Part shown: positions 1 to 10,580 of the stretch, in pieces | Numbering within the stretch: the stretch's first letter is position 1 | Layout: every line of letters begins with the position of its first letter | NCBI GenBank assembly: GCA_030141605.1 | Contig: JAQGDQ010000463.1 | Location: 62,001-126,000, forward strand | DNA: 64,000 bases | Reading direction: 5' to 3' | DNA from: Tubiluchus corallicola | Lineage: Eukaryota > Animalia > Priapulida | Translations under genes and position numbers: made by a program | The notes under the pieces: generated by a model | The model's database searches: none | What the model saw: only the letters and a program-made list of their open reading frames with translations | What the model was told of the DNA's origin: nothing

Positions 1-174
1 TCAAAATGGAGTAGGATATGAAAAATCATCCTTTTTTCCTTTAATAATGACACTATTGCTTTTTATCAGTTTTTCTAAACTGGTTACATACAAATTTTCA
101 TGTAAATATGATTGTAATTTTAAGTTTTCATTGTAAGTAACATTTTTAATAATAAAGATTAAGTACTACAATGA

Positions 175-300
175 TGACTATGACTACTATCGCTAGCATT
201 ACTACTACTACTACTACTACTACTAATAATAATAATAAAAATAATAGTAACTATAATAACAATAATAATAATAATAACAATAAAAAAATAATAATAATAG
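175..300. repeat. Compound (TAC)n/(TAA)n trinucleotide microsatellite
   Basis: Visible tactactac... and aataataat... runs, which explain the low-complexity ORF 159..446. Confidence 0.9.
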
Positions 301-312
301 GAAGTTTTAATA

Positions 313-490
313 TGCGGTAATTCTGGTACAAGTAAATTTAGTACCATGGAATTTTTGGTATTAGGAAAATATGACATATTTTCTCTATACCAAATTTTCC
401 CAGTACCAAAATGTTTATGTACCACCCAAAAATTTCCCAATGCCAAAATTTTCTTGTACCAAGATTACCAGGACCAAACTTACCACACAC
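313..490. mobile_element. Small palindromic MITE-like element with internal tandem subrepeats
   Basis: GGTAATTCTGGTACAAG on the left is mirrored by CTTGTACCAAGATTACC on the right; repeated TACCAAA(A/T)TTT units lie between. Confidence 0.5.
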
Positions 491-517
491 AACCAAAGAA
501 TAATATATAGGCCCAAG

Positions 518-900
518 TAAGCCTTTTCACAATTTTGTTGTGCGCAAGCGCAGTTGCTGCAGGTCAAAGGTTAAGTGTACCATAGCACATCTCAACTACA
601 ACCGTCACGTCACGTGTGTAAAGCAAAGCTGTCTGTCGCATCAGTTCAGTAACCTCAGTTATTTTACGTGGACTTTACTTAATTATGCATTAGTCTGTGC
701 GTAAAGTGATTTACTAGCAGGGTCTTACCTAGGAACAAGAAAAATAAACTAGGTAAGGTTTTAGATTGCTGTTAAAATGGTTAGTATTACAATAGCTTGG
801 GCTGCGAGATATTTCAAGTGTACACAAATGCATTGTCTGATACACTTACCTTTGACCTTTTCACGATCATCAACAGTTGCTGGAACTGTGAAAAGGCCTA
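518..900. mobile_element. MITE (non-autonomous DNA transposon) in the NR5A intron
   Basis: TIRs TAAGCCTTTTCACAATT (518-534) and AACTGTGAAAAGGCCTA (884-900) match at 15/17. Subterminal inverted repeat AGGTCAAAGGTTAAGTGTA (561-579) / TACACTTACCTTTGACCT (841-858). Superfamily not determined. Confidence 0.7.
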
Positions 901-1882
901 TTAATGCCCAATAATACAATGTCCAAACAACATTTCAATTAAAATTACTTGCGACATCAAAAGACTTTTCCTTGTCTTGCTGTTAATCATTTTCATGCAT
1001 TTTGTAATTAACTTAGAGATTGGTACCTTCGGCAAAGTTTTCACGATTCCAAGAAAACAGTGCTACAAATGCTACTGCAATCTTCATTAGTAAATTAATC
1101 TTCATTCTGTTTCACATTTATTTTCCAAGAAGAGTTTAATTCCTATGTTCCATGTACACCTTTTTTATTTTGAAAATTTTGTAGACTTTCAAGATTCAAA
1201 AGTCCTCCAATATTCCTTACTATTTCAGCGAAAGTTCTGTTAATTTCAGTTTATTAATGAGTGGAATCAAGTTTTTCAAATTGATAGATCTATATACATT
1301 TCACCTAATCACAGCGCTATATTTGTAATTGCCTATTTATTTACAAGTATATGTTGTGCAAGTCTTGAAGTTGTGTCTTACTGTACAGACTTTTACTGTC
1401 CATTATTACTGCAAGTTTTAAGTAGGCCTATGCTCACATGTAACAATCTCACAGTTTTATTTAATTATAAGTTTAGATTATTTATTACAACAATCTAACA
1501 CTTTTAATCTAGTCATACCATATCACCACAAGCAGCCATAATTCTCGTAAACACCATGTTAGTGTAAGGCAGTTCTAGTTCTTATATCAAATGAGGCTAT
1601 ACAATAAATTATTGTTTAGTATGTGCATACATCATGACTAAGACTTATATGACATAACCAAGTTACAGGAGATGAACAGCAATAACACACACGTTTTCAA
1701 GTCATGTTAGATATTAGTGACATGGTAAATGACAGCTCACATGCATACATGTTTCAAATACAATTCCATCCAAGCCAACAAAACTATAAAATGATCGATG
1801 CTGTTCACAAAATGGCATCTATTGTCAATAAATGTTTTAAACTCAAAACAGAAAATAAAGTCCACAAAAATGCTTTACTGCC

Positions 1883-2319
1883 TCAAAGTTCTTTTCAGAT
1901 TAGAAGCTTCTGGTCTCTCGACCTTCATCAGCTAAAAGTTAGATTAACGCAGTATAAAACTGGCATAACAAAATATTAAAGTAACAAACTGCTACAATTT
2001 CAATTGAGTCAGAAAACTAAAACATAATGAGAAGCCACTAATTACAACGATACCAAATAACCAAGTCAGTAAAGAATGCAGTAAAGAGGTCTTAAACATT
2101 AAATAATTAAATTTAGAGTTTAACACTGTTTTCTTTACTGACTTGATGATTTGGGATTGTTATAATGGTCTCTCTCATTATATTTTAGCTTTCAGATTCA
2201 CTGAAATTGTAATATTTTGTTGGGCCAATAGTTGATTGTCAATTTTATGCTGTATTAATTTAACTTTTAGCTGAAGAAGGTCAAGAGACCGAAAACTTCT
2301 AGTTGGAAATAACCTTTGA
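1883..2319. mobile_element. Long inverted repeat made of two opposed Penelope-like terminal fragments, each with a hammerhead-like motif
   Basis: Arms of about 200 bp are reverse-complementary with mismatches. Plus strand 2271-2302 reads CTGAAGA-A-GGTC-AAGA-GACC-GAAAACTT-CTAG; minus strand 1931-1901 reads CTGATGA-A-GGTC-GAGA-GACC-AGAAGCTT-CTA. Confidence 0.7.
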
Positions 2320-2445
2320 ACTAGAGAAGAATTTTATGGCCAAAAATTACATAAAGATGAAAACAGAGAAATCTATGTTAAGGTGTACAAAACAACTTTT
2401 CAGTACTTCAAAATATTAAATTAAAAAAGCAGGTAAATTTCTTAC

Positions 2446-2938
2446 CTTCCAGCTTCATTCCAACTTCAAGACATTTTTGGAAGCGGCAGTAAGGGCAACG
2501 CTTTCGCTGCGTTTTGTCTATTAAACACTTTTTATCTGACACACATGTATATACTTTTTTATTCTGCACTGTTCGCTTAAAAAATCCTTTACAAGACTCA
2601 CAGGTGAGTAGTCCATAATGGTAGCCCGATACACGGTCACCACACACCGGACAAAGTTCGTCTATGTCATCTTTGGTTTCTGAGGGAACACTTTCTGGAA
2701 AATCAGAGGTTGTCATTGACGATGGTGGCAGCGACGGAAGCTGTGGCAGCTGATACTGGTATATCGTTGATTGCTGTGATGTGTGACCACCGCTAGAGTC
2801 GCCACCTGGAGGAATAATAAACATACTGTGACTAACATTACCGATACTACAATTGCTATTACTGTAATATTCTATTTCTGAATAATCGTAGTCCACGTTT
2901 TTTGGATCAACCATTATTCCTCCGGAATTATACTCCAT
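2446..2938 (-). CDS. NR5A: NR5A-family nuclear receptor (FTZ-F1/SF-1/LRH-1 homolog), first coding exon: A/B region plus both C4 zinc fingers; partial gene
   Basis: [40 protein letters not shown]...[17 protein letters not shown], with the NR5-diagnostic ESCKG P-box. GTAAG donor at 2445-2441, phase 1 after ...MKLE. In-frame TAA 30 nt upstream of the ATG. No FTZ-F1-box or LBD exon was seen in 1-2445. Confidence 0.95.
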
Positions 2939-3109
2939 TATTAAGCTACCAGTTCTATCTCCAGCTTATGAACACACACACGAGAACGAAAAACTGAGAC
3001 CACTGTACACCACACGCGCGACACTAACACCCAAGTTCTGGCCATCACAAGTCACCACGATGCAAGAAACGCAGTGACCACTGCGTGGACAGTACAGAAA
3101 GCAAAAGCA

Positions 3110-3375
3110 CCTGCACGCTCTGCACGCAAGGTAAAAGTGAAAGCAATTAAAGCAACGAATTATTTTGGAAGATGAAAATGTAGGGCAAGTAATTGTTAGC
3201 GTGGTATCCCACTGCCCCACATAAAGAATTGGGTTAAGGGCACAACTCACTGTATAGCTTGCAACAGCTCCTTCATGAGTGAGTGCATGTGCATGGAGCT
3301 GATATTATACATGCAAGACCCTAGGCCACTATTTAATAACGACAAACAACAGATTTACTTTGAATTTCACTTACC
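3110..3375 (-). other. Candidate 5'-UTR intron or splice sites of NR5A
   Basis: Donor G|GTAAGT at 3375/3374. Polypyrimidine tract plus tandem acceptors TTGCTTTCACTTTTACCTTGCGTGCAG|AGCGTGCAG| (exon would start at 3119 or 3110). Confidence 0.35.
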
Positions 3376-3723
3376 CAATTCTGAAACAACGCAGCTCATT
3401 AGTCAATTGTTTCTTAAACAACGCGGACAGAAATGATAAAAATCACAAAGCAGCGTTTTGCTGAGCATGCAATTTTCAACTTAACGATATCATATTGTTC
3501 GTGATAGAGTGCAGCGAATGACATTAGCATACATCTATACACTTAGTAGCAAAGCAAAAAAAAAAACTTGTACAGGATAGCCTTCTGTCGGGAATAAATG
3601 GAAACACTCAAGTCAGAAATCGGTCAGGGGGTCTATCCTGGAATATGCACTGCTTGATGCTCACACATGCTACCGAGGTGTGACCGTCACTGATGCGTGC
3701 AGACAAACGAACCATCATACCAA

Positions 3724-3813
3724 GAAAGTGAAAGTGCAAAATGAAAACGAAAGCGAACAAGATAATGACAGCGAACCTATAATGCAACGGTTGATAACAA
3801 CAAAAGTGAAAGT
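3724..3813 (+). promoter_or_regulatory. Pair of PRDM1/Blimp-1 (IRF-like) motifs upstream of NR5A
   Basis: GAAAGTGAAAGTG at 3724-3736 and AAAAGTGAAAGT at 3802-3813. Confidence 0.5.
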
Positions 3814-4910
3814 AAACGTTGCACGAACCCAGTGTAATTAGAAGTCAAACGCCCCAAGTCCTAAATGACAGTAATTTCGCACAGGCCTACTTTTACATAT
3901 TGCAGTTTCGTTCAGTACTAGTGTGCAACATTTTGACTTTAATGGTTTATGTTTGAATTTTCATACAGGATCCGAGCGCCATTCTATTTACATATCTGAG
4001 GCCGTGGAGGACTAAAATCATTTGACCAAGCTAGCTATTAATACAAAAAAGAAAATACATCCTTAAAAATTTTTTCTATTGCGCTTCCAAAAATAGTGTA
4101 TCTCTGAGGTTCGGGACAGCGGCCATTTCTTTGCTCTCTTACTATTGTATCAATGTGCTGTAGTTTAATATAAATCATTCGTTACACACTGTTACTTTTT
4201 AATAATACATCGTGATTAAATCCATTATTATTCAAATGAATAACTTGTTAGGCCTAATCTGTTCGTCGAAAGTCAATCCAGAGCAGAGCGCGTGTTACTA
4301 TGAAAGTGCACGGACAAAATCTAATGTGTTGTGATGCATAGTTTGACATCCCAATTCTTGCAAAAGCCAAATCATGCTTATTTGTACTGGAAGCTATTTT
4401 TAATGATAGGCACTCACCTAGTCGAAATTTTAGAAAGGAATTGTTTGTCCTAGAGAGCCCCCTTCCAGTGAGTTAATCATAAAGGGAAATAAATATATAA
4501 TTGAATGTAGATCTGATCTGATTTGCTTACTTAACGCCTACCCACAGTACTTTGAGTTTGGAGTGATGGCCTGTTTTAAAATATTCATTTTGTGCAAATT
4601 CATTTGTTTACCGGTGAAATGTAGTAAGTTAGTAATTGTAAATAGATGAACTGTTGTTCAACTGTAATTAATGCAGTTTTCTGCCAGTGCAATAAATAGG
4701 ATGCTTTGTTTATATTGTAGTTATTGTTTTGCTTACATTGTGTCCCTGTTTGATGACGCCCTATGCGCTGTATGCGGGACAAGACCGTGCTCACAGAGAA
4801 AAAAAGCCCCATCATTAAATCGTAGCTACTCTACGAAAGAACATGTAGTATACAGTATACTGAAACTCTAATCGCAGCTTCAGCAGCAGCATTTGTTGCC
4901 GGAGAACAAG

Positions 4911-4992
4911 TGAAGGTCATTCTGTAATTCCAATTCCAAATCAATATTCACTGCCAAGTGCCAAGGTTATGCGTACAACTCAACCAAGGACA
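4911..4992 (+). promoter_or_regulatory. Cluster of NR5A-type extended half-sites
   Basis: TGAAGGTCA (4911), CCAAGGTTA (4961) and CCAAGGACA (4984) within 82 bp; the NR5A consensus is YCAAGGYCR. Confidence 0.4.
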
Positions 4993-5419
4993 ATCCCACG
5001 CCCTATGCGACCATGAACAACAGCAAAAAAATCTCAAACAAATTGATCTCCTCTTTGGAGATCTATAATAATTTCGAATTTTGTATGAAACTGTTAAATG
5101 TATTAAGACTCCATTTAATTATTTTGACTAAACAGAACGCAGCTAACTAGGCTTCAGAGCTGCCGATGTACATTCATAACCTTCTTTTCTGTAAAGTTGT
5201 ACGGTCCAAAGTTCAAACGATACCGATTCACAGTTCATGATCTGAGTTCTATCACATCGTACGCTAGTGTAATACCTTGTGCACTGTACAGTCTACACTC
5301 ACACCAGGGTACTGAATTAGATTACATATATGATCAAATGAATATTTTAGCTTAGTGATAGAGGAAAATGGTTTGAACTTAAAAAATGACTTTATATATA
5401 TATATATATATATATTTTA

Positions 5420-5917
5420 TATATTAATTCTTTATTTGTCATAAAATGGTTCACTCATTATAATAAAATTGAGTTAGCCTCAGCGTAATGTTAAAATAAC
5501 CACACTGTTCAAGACAAATGCGTCCAGTGCATACTAAAAAAACTAAAGTGCAAAACTATATACAATAAATGAACATATTTACAAACACCATATTAAAATA
5601 TTTTTACAAAACAGTTATACGAAAGTACATTAAATTTTACATGACATAGTGTACACTATTTATACATTTAACATTACGAAACACGAAACTAACATAACAC
5701 GTATTACATTACATAATTTTTTTTTAAAAAAATTTTCATTTTTAATCGTTATATGGACTCAGGGGCGGGGGTAGATGAAAGTGGAGTCTGTGTAATTAGT
5801 ATCAGATGCACAATGTGGAAGTTGAAACCTGTTATATTGATATTCTTTTAATTTCTTTTTAAAGTGGTGGAGAGATTCTATTTGTTTTATTTCACTGGGT
5901 AGTAAGTTCCATAAAAC
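5420..5917 (-). mobile_element. 3' tail of a CR1/L2-type LINE
   Basis: Minus-strand translation LWNLLPSEIKQIESLHHFKKKLKEY, a typical ORF2 C-terminus, followed by a 3' UTR ending near AATAAA and an (AT)n run. Confidence 0.65.
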
Positions 5918-5949
5918 AAATATAACATATAATCACTTTAAGACGTGAT

Positions 5950-6044
5950 TATATATATATATATATATAGTGTGTGTGTGTGTGTGTGCGCGCGTGCGTG
6001 CGCGCGCGCGCGTGTGTGTGTGTGTGCGCGCGCGCGTGTGTGTG
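5950..6044. repeat. Compound (AT)n(GT)n(GC)n alternating purine-pyrimidine tract
   Basis: Directly visible; contains CGCGCG runs. Confidence 0.9.
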
Positions 6045-7779
6045 GTTACGTAGCCTATTTCTGCATTGACACGCATTGTAATTCTCACTCATTATAGACC
6101 TATAGACTGAACGCCCGTGAAATGCAGCGGGTATTTAAAAGTTGCAAACAACTAAATTTATGTTCGATTGACCCAAAAGTTAACACGCTCCGAGTTTGAT
6201 TCATGTCCATCCAGTATAATACAACCACAAAAGCTTCTTATACAGGCCGTTTAGGTATGGCGAGAATGCCGAAATTTATTAATTATCTGCGGCAATTCCC
6301 GGCTGAGCTGAGGGAAATTCTTTATCACATGGCAATGCACTGTACAAACTAGAGAGTTTTTATTACCTATTTTACTAACCTGTAAAGAAAAATCTTCCAA
6401 GAAAATCTTCTCCTGACGATTGTTTATCATTCAGTGTTAGTTAACACCTAAATTAACAGCTTAATTTATAATTGCACATTTGATGTCGGTTTTTTAGTTC
6501 AGAGTGAAAGGTTACTGCAAGAAATCTCACTGTATCCGTTGTAATCTCCGTGCCGTGTCAATCGCACCTATCGCAGTTGCCGCCATCGCATACGCATATC
6601 CGCATACTATGAAAAGGCCCTAATATTCACGCACTTTTGACATGCAGATTGCAGTTACTGTTTTAGGAGTTGAACTCGAAGTAGCGAGAAAACGAATCTT
6701 TCAAATTAAATGATGTGTCATTGTTTGATGTACGGTTTTTTAAACATTTTTAATTCTTAAATTCCCATCTCCAAGAACAGGGTACAACTAAATAGCTCAT
6801 GTCACTAAACGGTATGATTTTCCGACTGAATTCAAATAGTACTTTTAGGTGTCTTAAAAGTTAATGTATCCAATCTACGTGTCTAAATATCCTGTGACAA
6901 AATCACCTTGTGGCCAAATGACCTACGTGTCCAAATTTTTTTTGTCGAAATAGCTTGTGTCTAAAACCTGTGTCCAACATTCCTGTAATTCTTTACTACA
7001 GAAACTTAATGCATTGCTAAAAAAATCATTGGGACTGGCTAAACACATTTTTGGGGTGTTATTATTACAGAGCAATTTTTGGGTGCTCGTTTTTCCTTGT
7101 TTTTGTTTTAATTGTGGGAATTTTTAGCTTACTGACACTATTCTTTTCATCAAAAATTAATTTGTGTTACCTATTTAGCTTCAAGTCAGCAGTTTATATA
7201 GTTTATCAGAAGAACCGCATTGTTTTGCCAAATTTTAACAGGTGTGAAATCTCGCGGGCCTCAGTCGAGTCAGTTCTCACACTCCGCCTGAGCCAGCTTC
7301 TAATACATGCAGTAGATTTCCTCTTTCTTCCAAGTACAGCTTGCAGAGAGCACACAACACGCTGTTGTCTCGCGCCCCACTAGCCTATTTAATACAACAA
7401 TACCTTCTTCCTTTGTGCAAAACGGGATACTTGTATTTCATTTATGATACGCACAGCAGTATTAAACGAAAATCGAATTTGCATGCATCACTAGCTGCTA
7501 GATGCTGCATGCAATACTGTCAATGTAATGAGTGAAAATAAATACTCAAGGTAAAAATCTGAGGTTTACACGTAAAGTAACCTGAGCAAGCTTACTCACA
7601 CTCGTTGACTTCGATGAGTTAAACTAGAATTAAAAAAAATTTGACCGACAAAGATTTTTCTAGGTCTATTAAGTTATTACCAAAAACTAGCGTCTTCCTC
7701 TTTGGATTCTGTATCTGACCGGCGCTTACATATTCCGAAAAATTACTATGGAGGCAGTTCTGTTTAACTTTTGATTCGA

Positions 7780-7862
7780 GCCGCACGTGTCGGAATAACT
7801 CAAGTGCTTGCTCGCCATGGGGAAGGTCACGGGTTCAATTCTATGGTTGAGTCATACCAACT
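7780..7862 (+). mobile_element. tRNA-derived SINE head remnant
   Basis: B-box-like GGGTTCAATTC followed by GAGTCATACCAA; no complete cloverleaf. Confidence 0.45.
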
Positions 7863-9253
7863 ACAGAATTATTAAGTGAAAATTAAGGCTGGTTCTTCGA
7901 CGATCGAACAAGTGCATTTGCCGCAGCAATGTACGAGTAAAGTATATCCACAATCTGCTACATGTATAAAGCTCTTGAGCTTACGTGATTGATCTTAAAC
8001 AAGGATTATTAATACTGAACCACTAATCAAAAACGTTTCTATAAACACGCGGTTGCGCTTTTGCGCGCCCATTGCTTGAAACTACGGATAGTCTGGTCGC
8101 TATAGCAACAGGTTGCAGGCAAACTTCCTCCGCGTGAAGTTTGCATACTAAACTTCTCTCCATTGCTGAAATAGCACCAAAACGGCTTGTATGAAAATGA
8201 GAATTCGTTTAGCATGTGCTGTAAAGGGAAGCGAAAACAAAGAAAAAGGACTTTGGCAAACAAACGATACAAGAAGTTATCAAATATTTCGATAATTAAT
8301 ACAGAGGCGCATATGACTTTCTAAATTATATTCGGATAACATCAAGTATGTTTGATTACTGGACAAATTTTCACCTCCAAATAAATCACAAAACCATAAC
8401 TTGCTTTTTGCGTGTTAATGACTGGCTGTATTAAGAGCACAAGCTTTCTGTATATTTCCCTGTACAAGTCTTTTGATTTTTACGTACAGTCATGAAAATT
8501 TCTGCACTTATGCACTTTTCAAAATATATGCAGTTACATTTTGGTAATAAATCATCATTTTAATGACATGGCGCGGTTTGGCACCTGCTTGTTCTGAGAT
8601 AATGACGGTCCACACTGACGAAAATCAAGACCAGGTATCAAGGCTTGATATCGTCAAACTTGAATGACATTCAAATTTCACCGTCATTATCCATGTCAAC
8701 ACGGTTGTTCAACACCGACATACTCGAGAATAAGTGTTTTGAATAGACGTTATTACACACATTTATCAAAATAAAATTGGTAGAATTAAACTTGATCATT
8801 AGGTCAAGTTACATGTTCTGGGCGAAAAAGTATAAACAACTGACCAGACAGCTAGCTGATGCGTAAACAGTATTTTTTTTAATGACGGCGGTTGTTTGTT
8901 ACGTTGCCCACCAATATATAGGGCATTAGTGCATGAAAGCAGTATTTTAAAAATATATGTACATGTATTATACTTTCGAAAGAAGTTTCCACCAAACTCC
9001 GAAAAAGGGAGTCCTAGCTTCCCTAGACGAGACACCCAAATATGAGTTCGAATCCTTTAGTTTTCTCTCCACTGTACTGTATTTTCTTCATAAATTGCAT
9101 ATTTCACATAGTGCACAAATATGGCATTATTCTATGAAGAGGCTGTGCTTGAAACTACGCTAAGATTACATTGGTTGAAAGCATGAAAACGACATTGGAA
9201 TTATTCATTCCTCTAAACTTGAAGTGGATTAAGCTGCAGGCTACTCAGTGATT

Positions 9254-9448
9254 ACTTTCATTTTCACTGACATACTGACCTGAATAATAAAGAGAAAGTG
9301 GTTTTTCAAGATCCACACTAGCGTCAATGACAGTAACCCAGTTGCCTACTTTTTAATATCAATTTAGTAAGCTGACCCACTACAGACCTTCAGCTTTTTA
9401 GTGTTAACAGAATGAGGACAAGCACTAATTTATCAACTTTCACTTTCT
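9254..9448 (-). promoter_or_regulatory. Distal PRDM1/IRF-like motifs
   Basis: Minus strand AGAAAGTGAAAGTT (9448-9435) and GTGAAAATGAAAGT (9267-9254). Confidence 0.4.
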
Positions 9449-10009
9449 TAACGGTTAATATGGCTAGCTAGGTAAGCTCGTTTATGAATCAATTTTTGGG
9501 AATTTTTAACGAATAATAAAAGTTAATTGGGATTCAAGAACGATTCGTTTTGTAGTACACAGCTTTAATAGATACTAAAAACCATAATAATTATGTGGAA
9601 TGACTTAACAAATTAACAGCCATTACAGAGATTGGTTCAGTGTCTGATGTAATTTGTTAAATTGCAGCATTTTTGGCGCATAAATAAGTTACAAGGAAAC
9701 ATAACATGAGGCCGTCAAAGCAGAATCTTAGATAACTATAAAATTTCTACCCTACAATATTAGCAGGCCATTAAAAGTTACAGAGTTAGAGACATGAAGA
9801 CCAAAAAGGAGAGGCAAGCAGAGGATATCAGATGTGAACCTGGCGGCTGAATCAGAGCGAACTAATCAGCTTTCAGCAGCCATTTTTTAAACGTTGTCTC
9901 ATCCTATTTAAATCATTTAACCTTAATGAAGGGATCACTAAGCAAACAAGTATCTCAATTTTCTACGTAATTCACATGCGGTTACTGGTACAAATCTTTA
10001 AAATGTTGT

Positions 10010-10580
10010 CATTCTGGAACTAATACACAATCACTGACATCAAGCGCATCGAGCAGCACGACTTGTACGAAATGAATATACCAGAAATGATGAAGTATCT
10101 AGGATGATCTCCGAACTCGGGTGGGAAACACTAGAAATTAGACGCCGACAAACGATACTAAACATGTCTCATGATATAGTGCATCACAGGATAGGTTTAA
10201 ATTTATCAACTTACATCACCCCATCTCTCAAAGATAACAACAAATTTGTTCAGCCATCAGCAAGAGTCAATATTTATTTATACTCTTTCTACCCTAGAGC
10301 AATACGTTTGTGGAACAAACTTCCACCGGACATCAGAGAAATCACTTCTAGAGATCACTTCCGAGCACTAGCACCCTCTGCTTTTTCTACCATGAGGGTG
10401 CCATCCTACCTAACCTGTCTGTAAATCTAACTGTGTTTTTAGCCCGCACCCACCATGTTGGTTTTGCTTGTTTCACCTCTTCTCATAACTTCTAAAACCA
10501 TAACCAGTCAGCCCAAAACTTCTACTATGTCATCAAAGACTTTTAGAAGTATATTATTCAAGACTTAAAGACTTGAAGTC
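10010..10580 (+). mobile_element. 5'-truncated non-LTR retrotransposon 3' end (CR1/L2-like)
   Basis: MISELGWETLEIRRRQ...YSFYPRAIRLWNKLP is an ORF2 C-terminal signature; short AAGACT-type tail repeats at about 10560-10580. Confidence 0.8.

Noticed and set aside
2408-2445. C-terminal [11 protein letters not shown] of the NR5A ORF
   Set aside because: Read-through into the intron past the GTAAG donor.
7479-7514. Small hairpin TTGCATGCA...TGCATGCAA
   Set aside because: Too short for a pre-miRNA and built from self-palindromic words.
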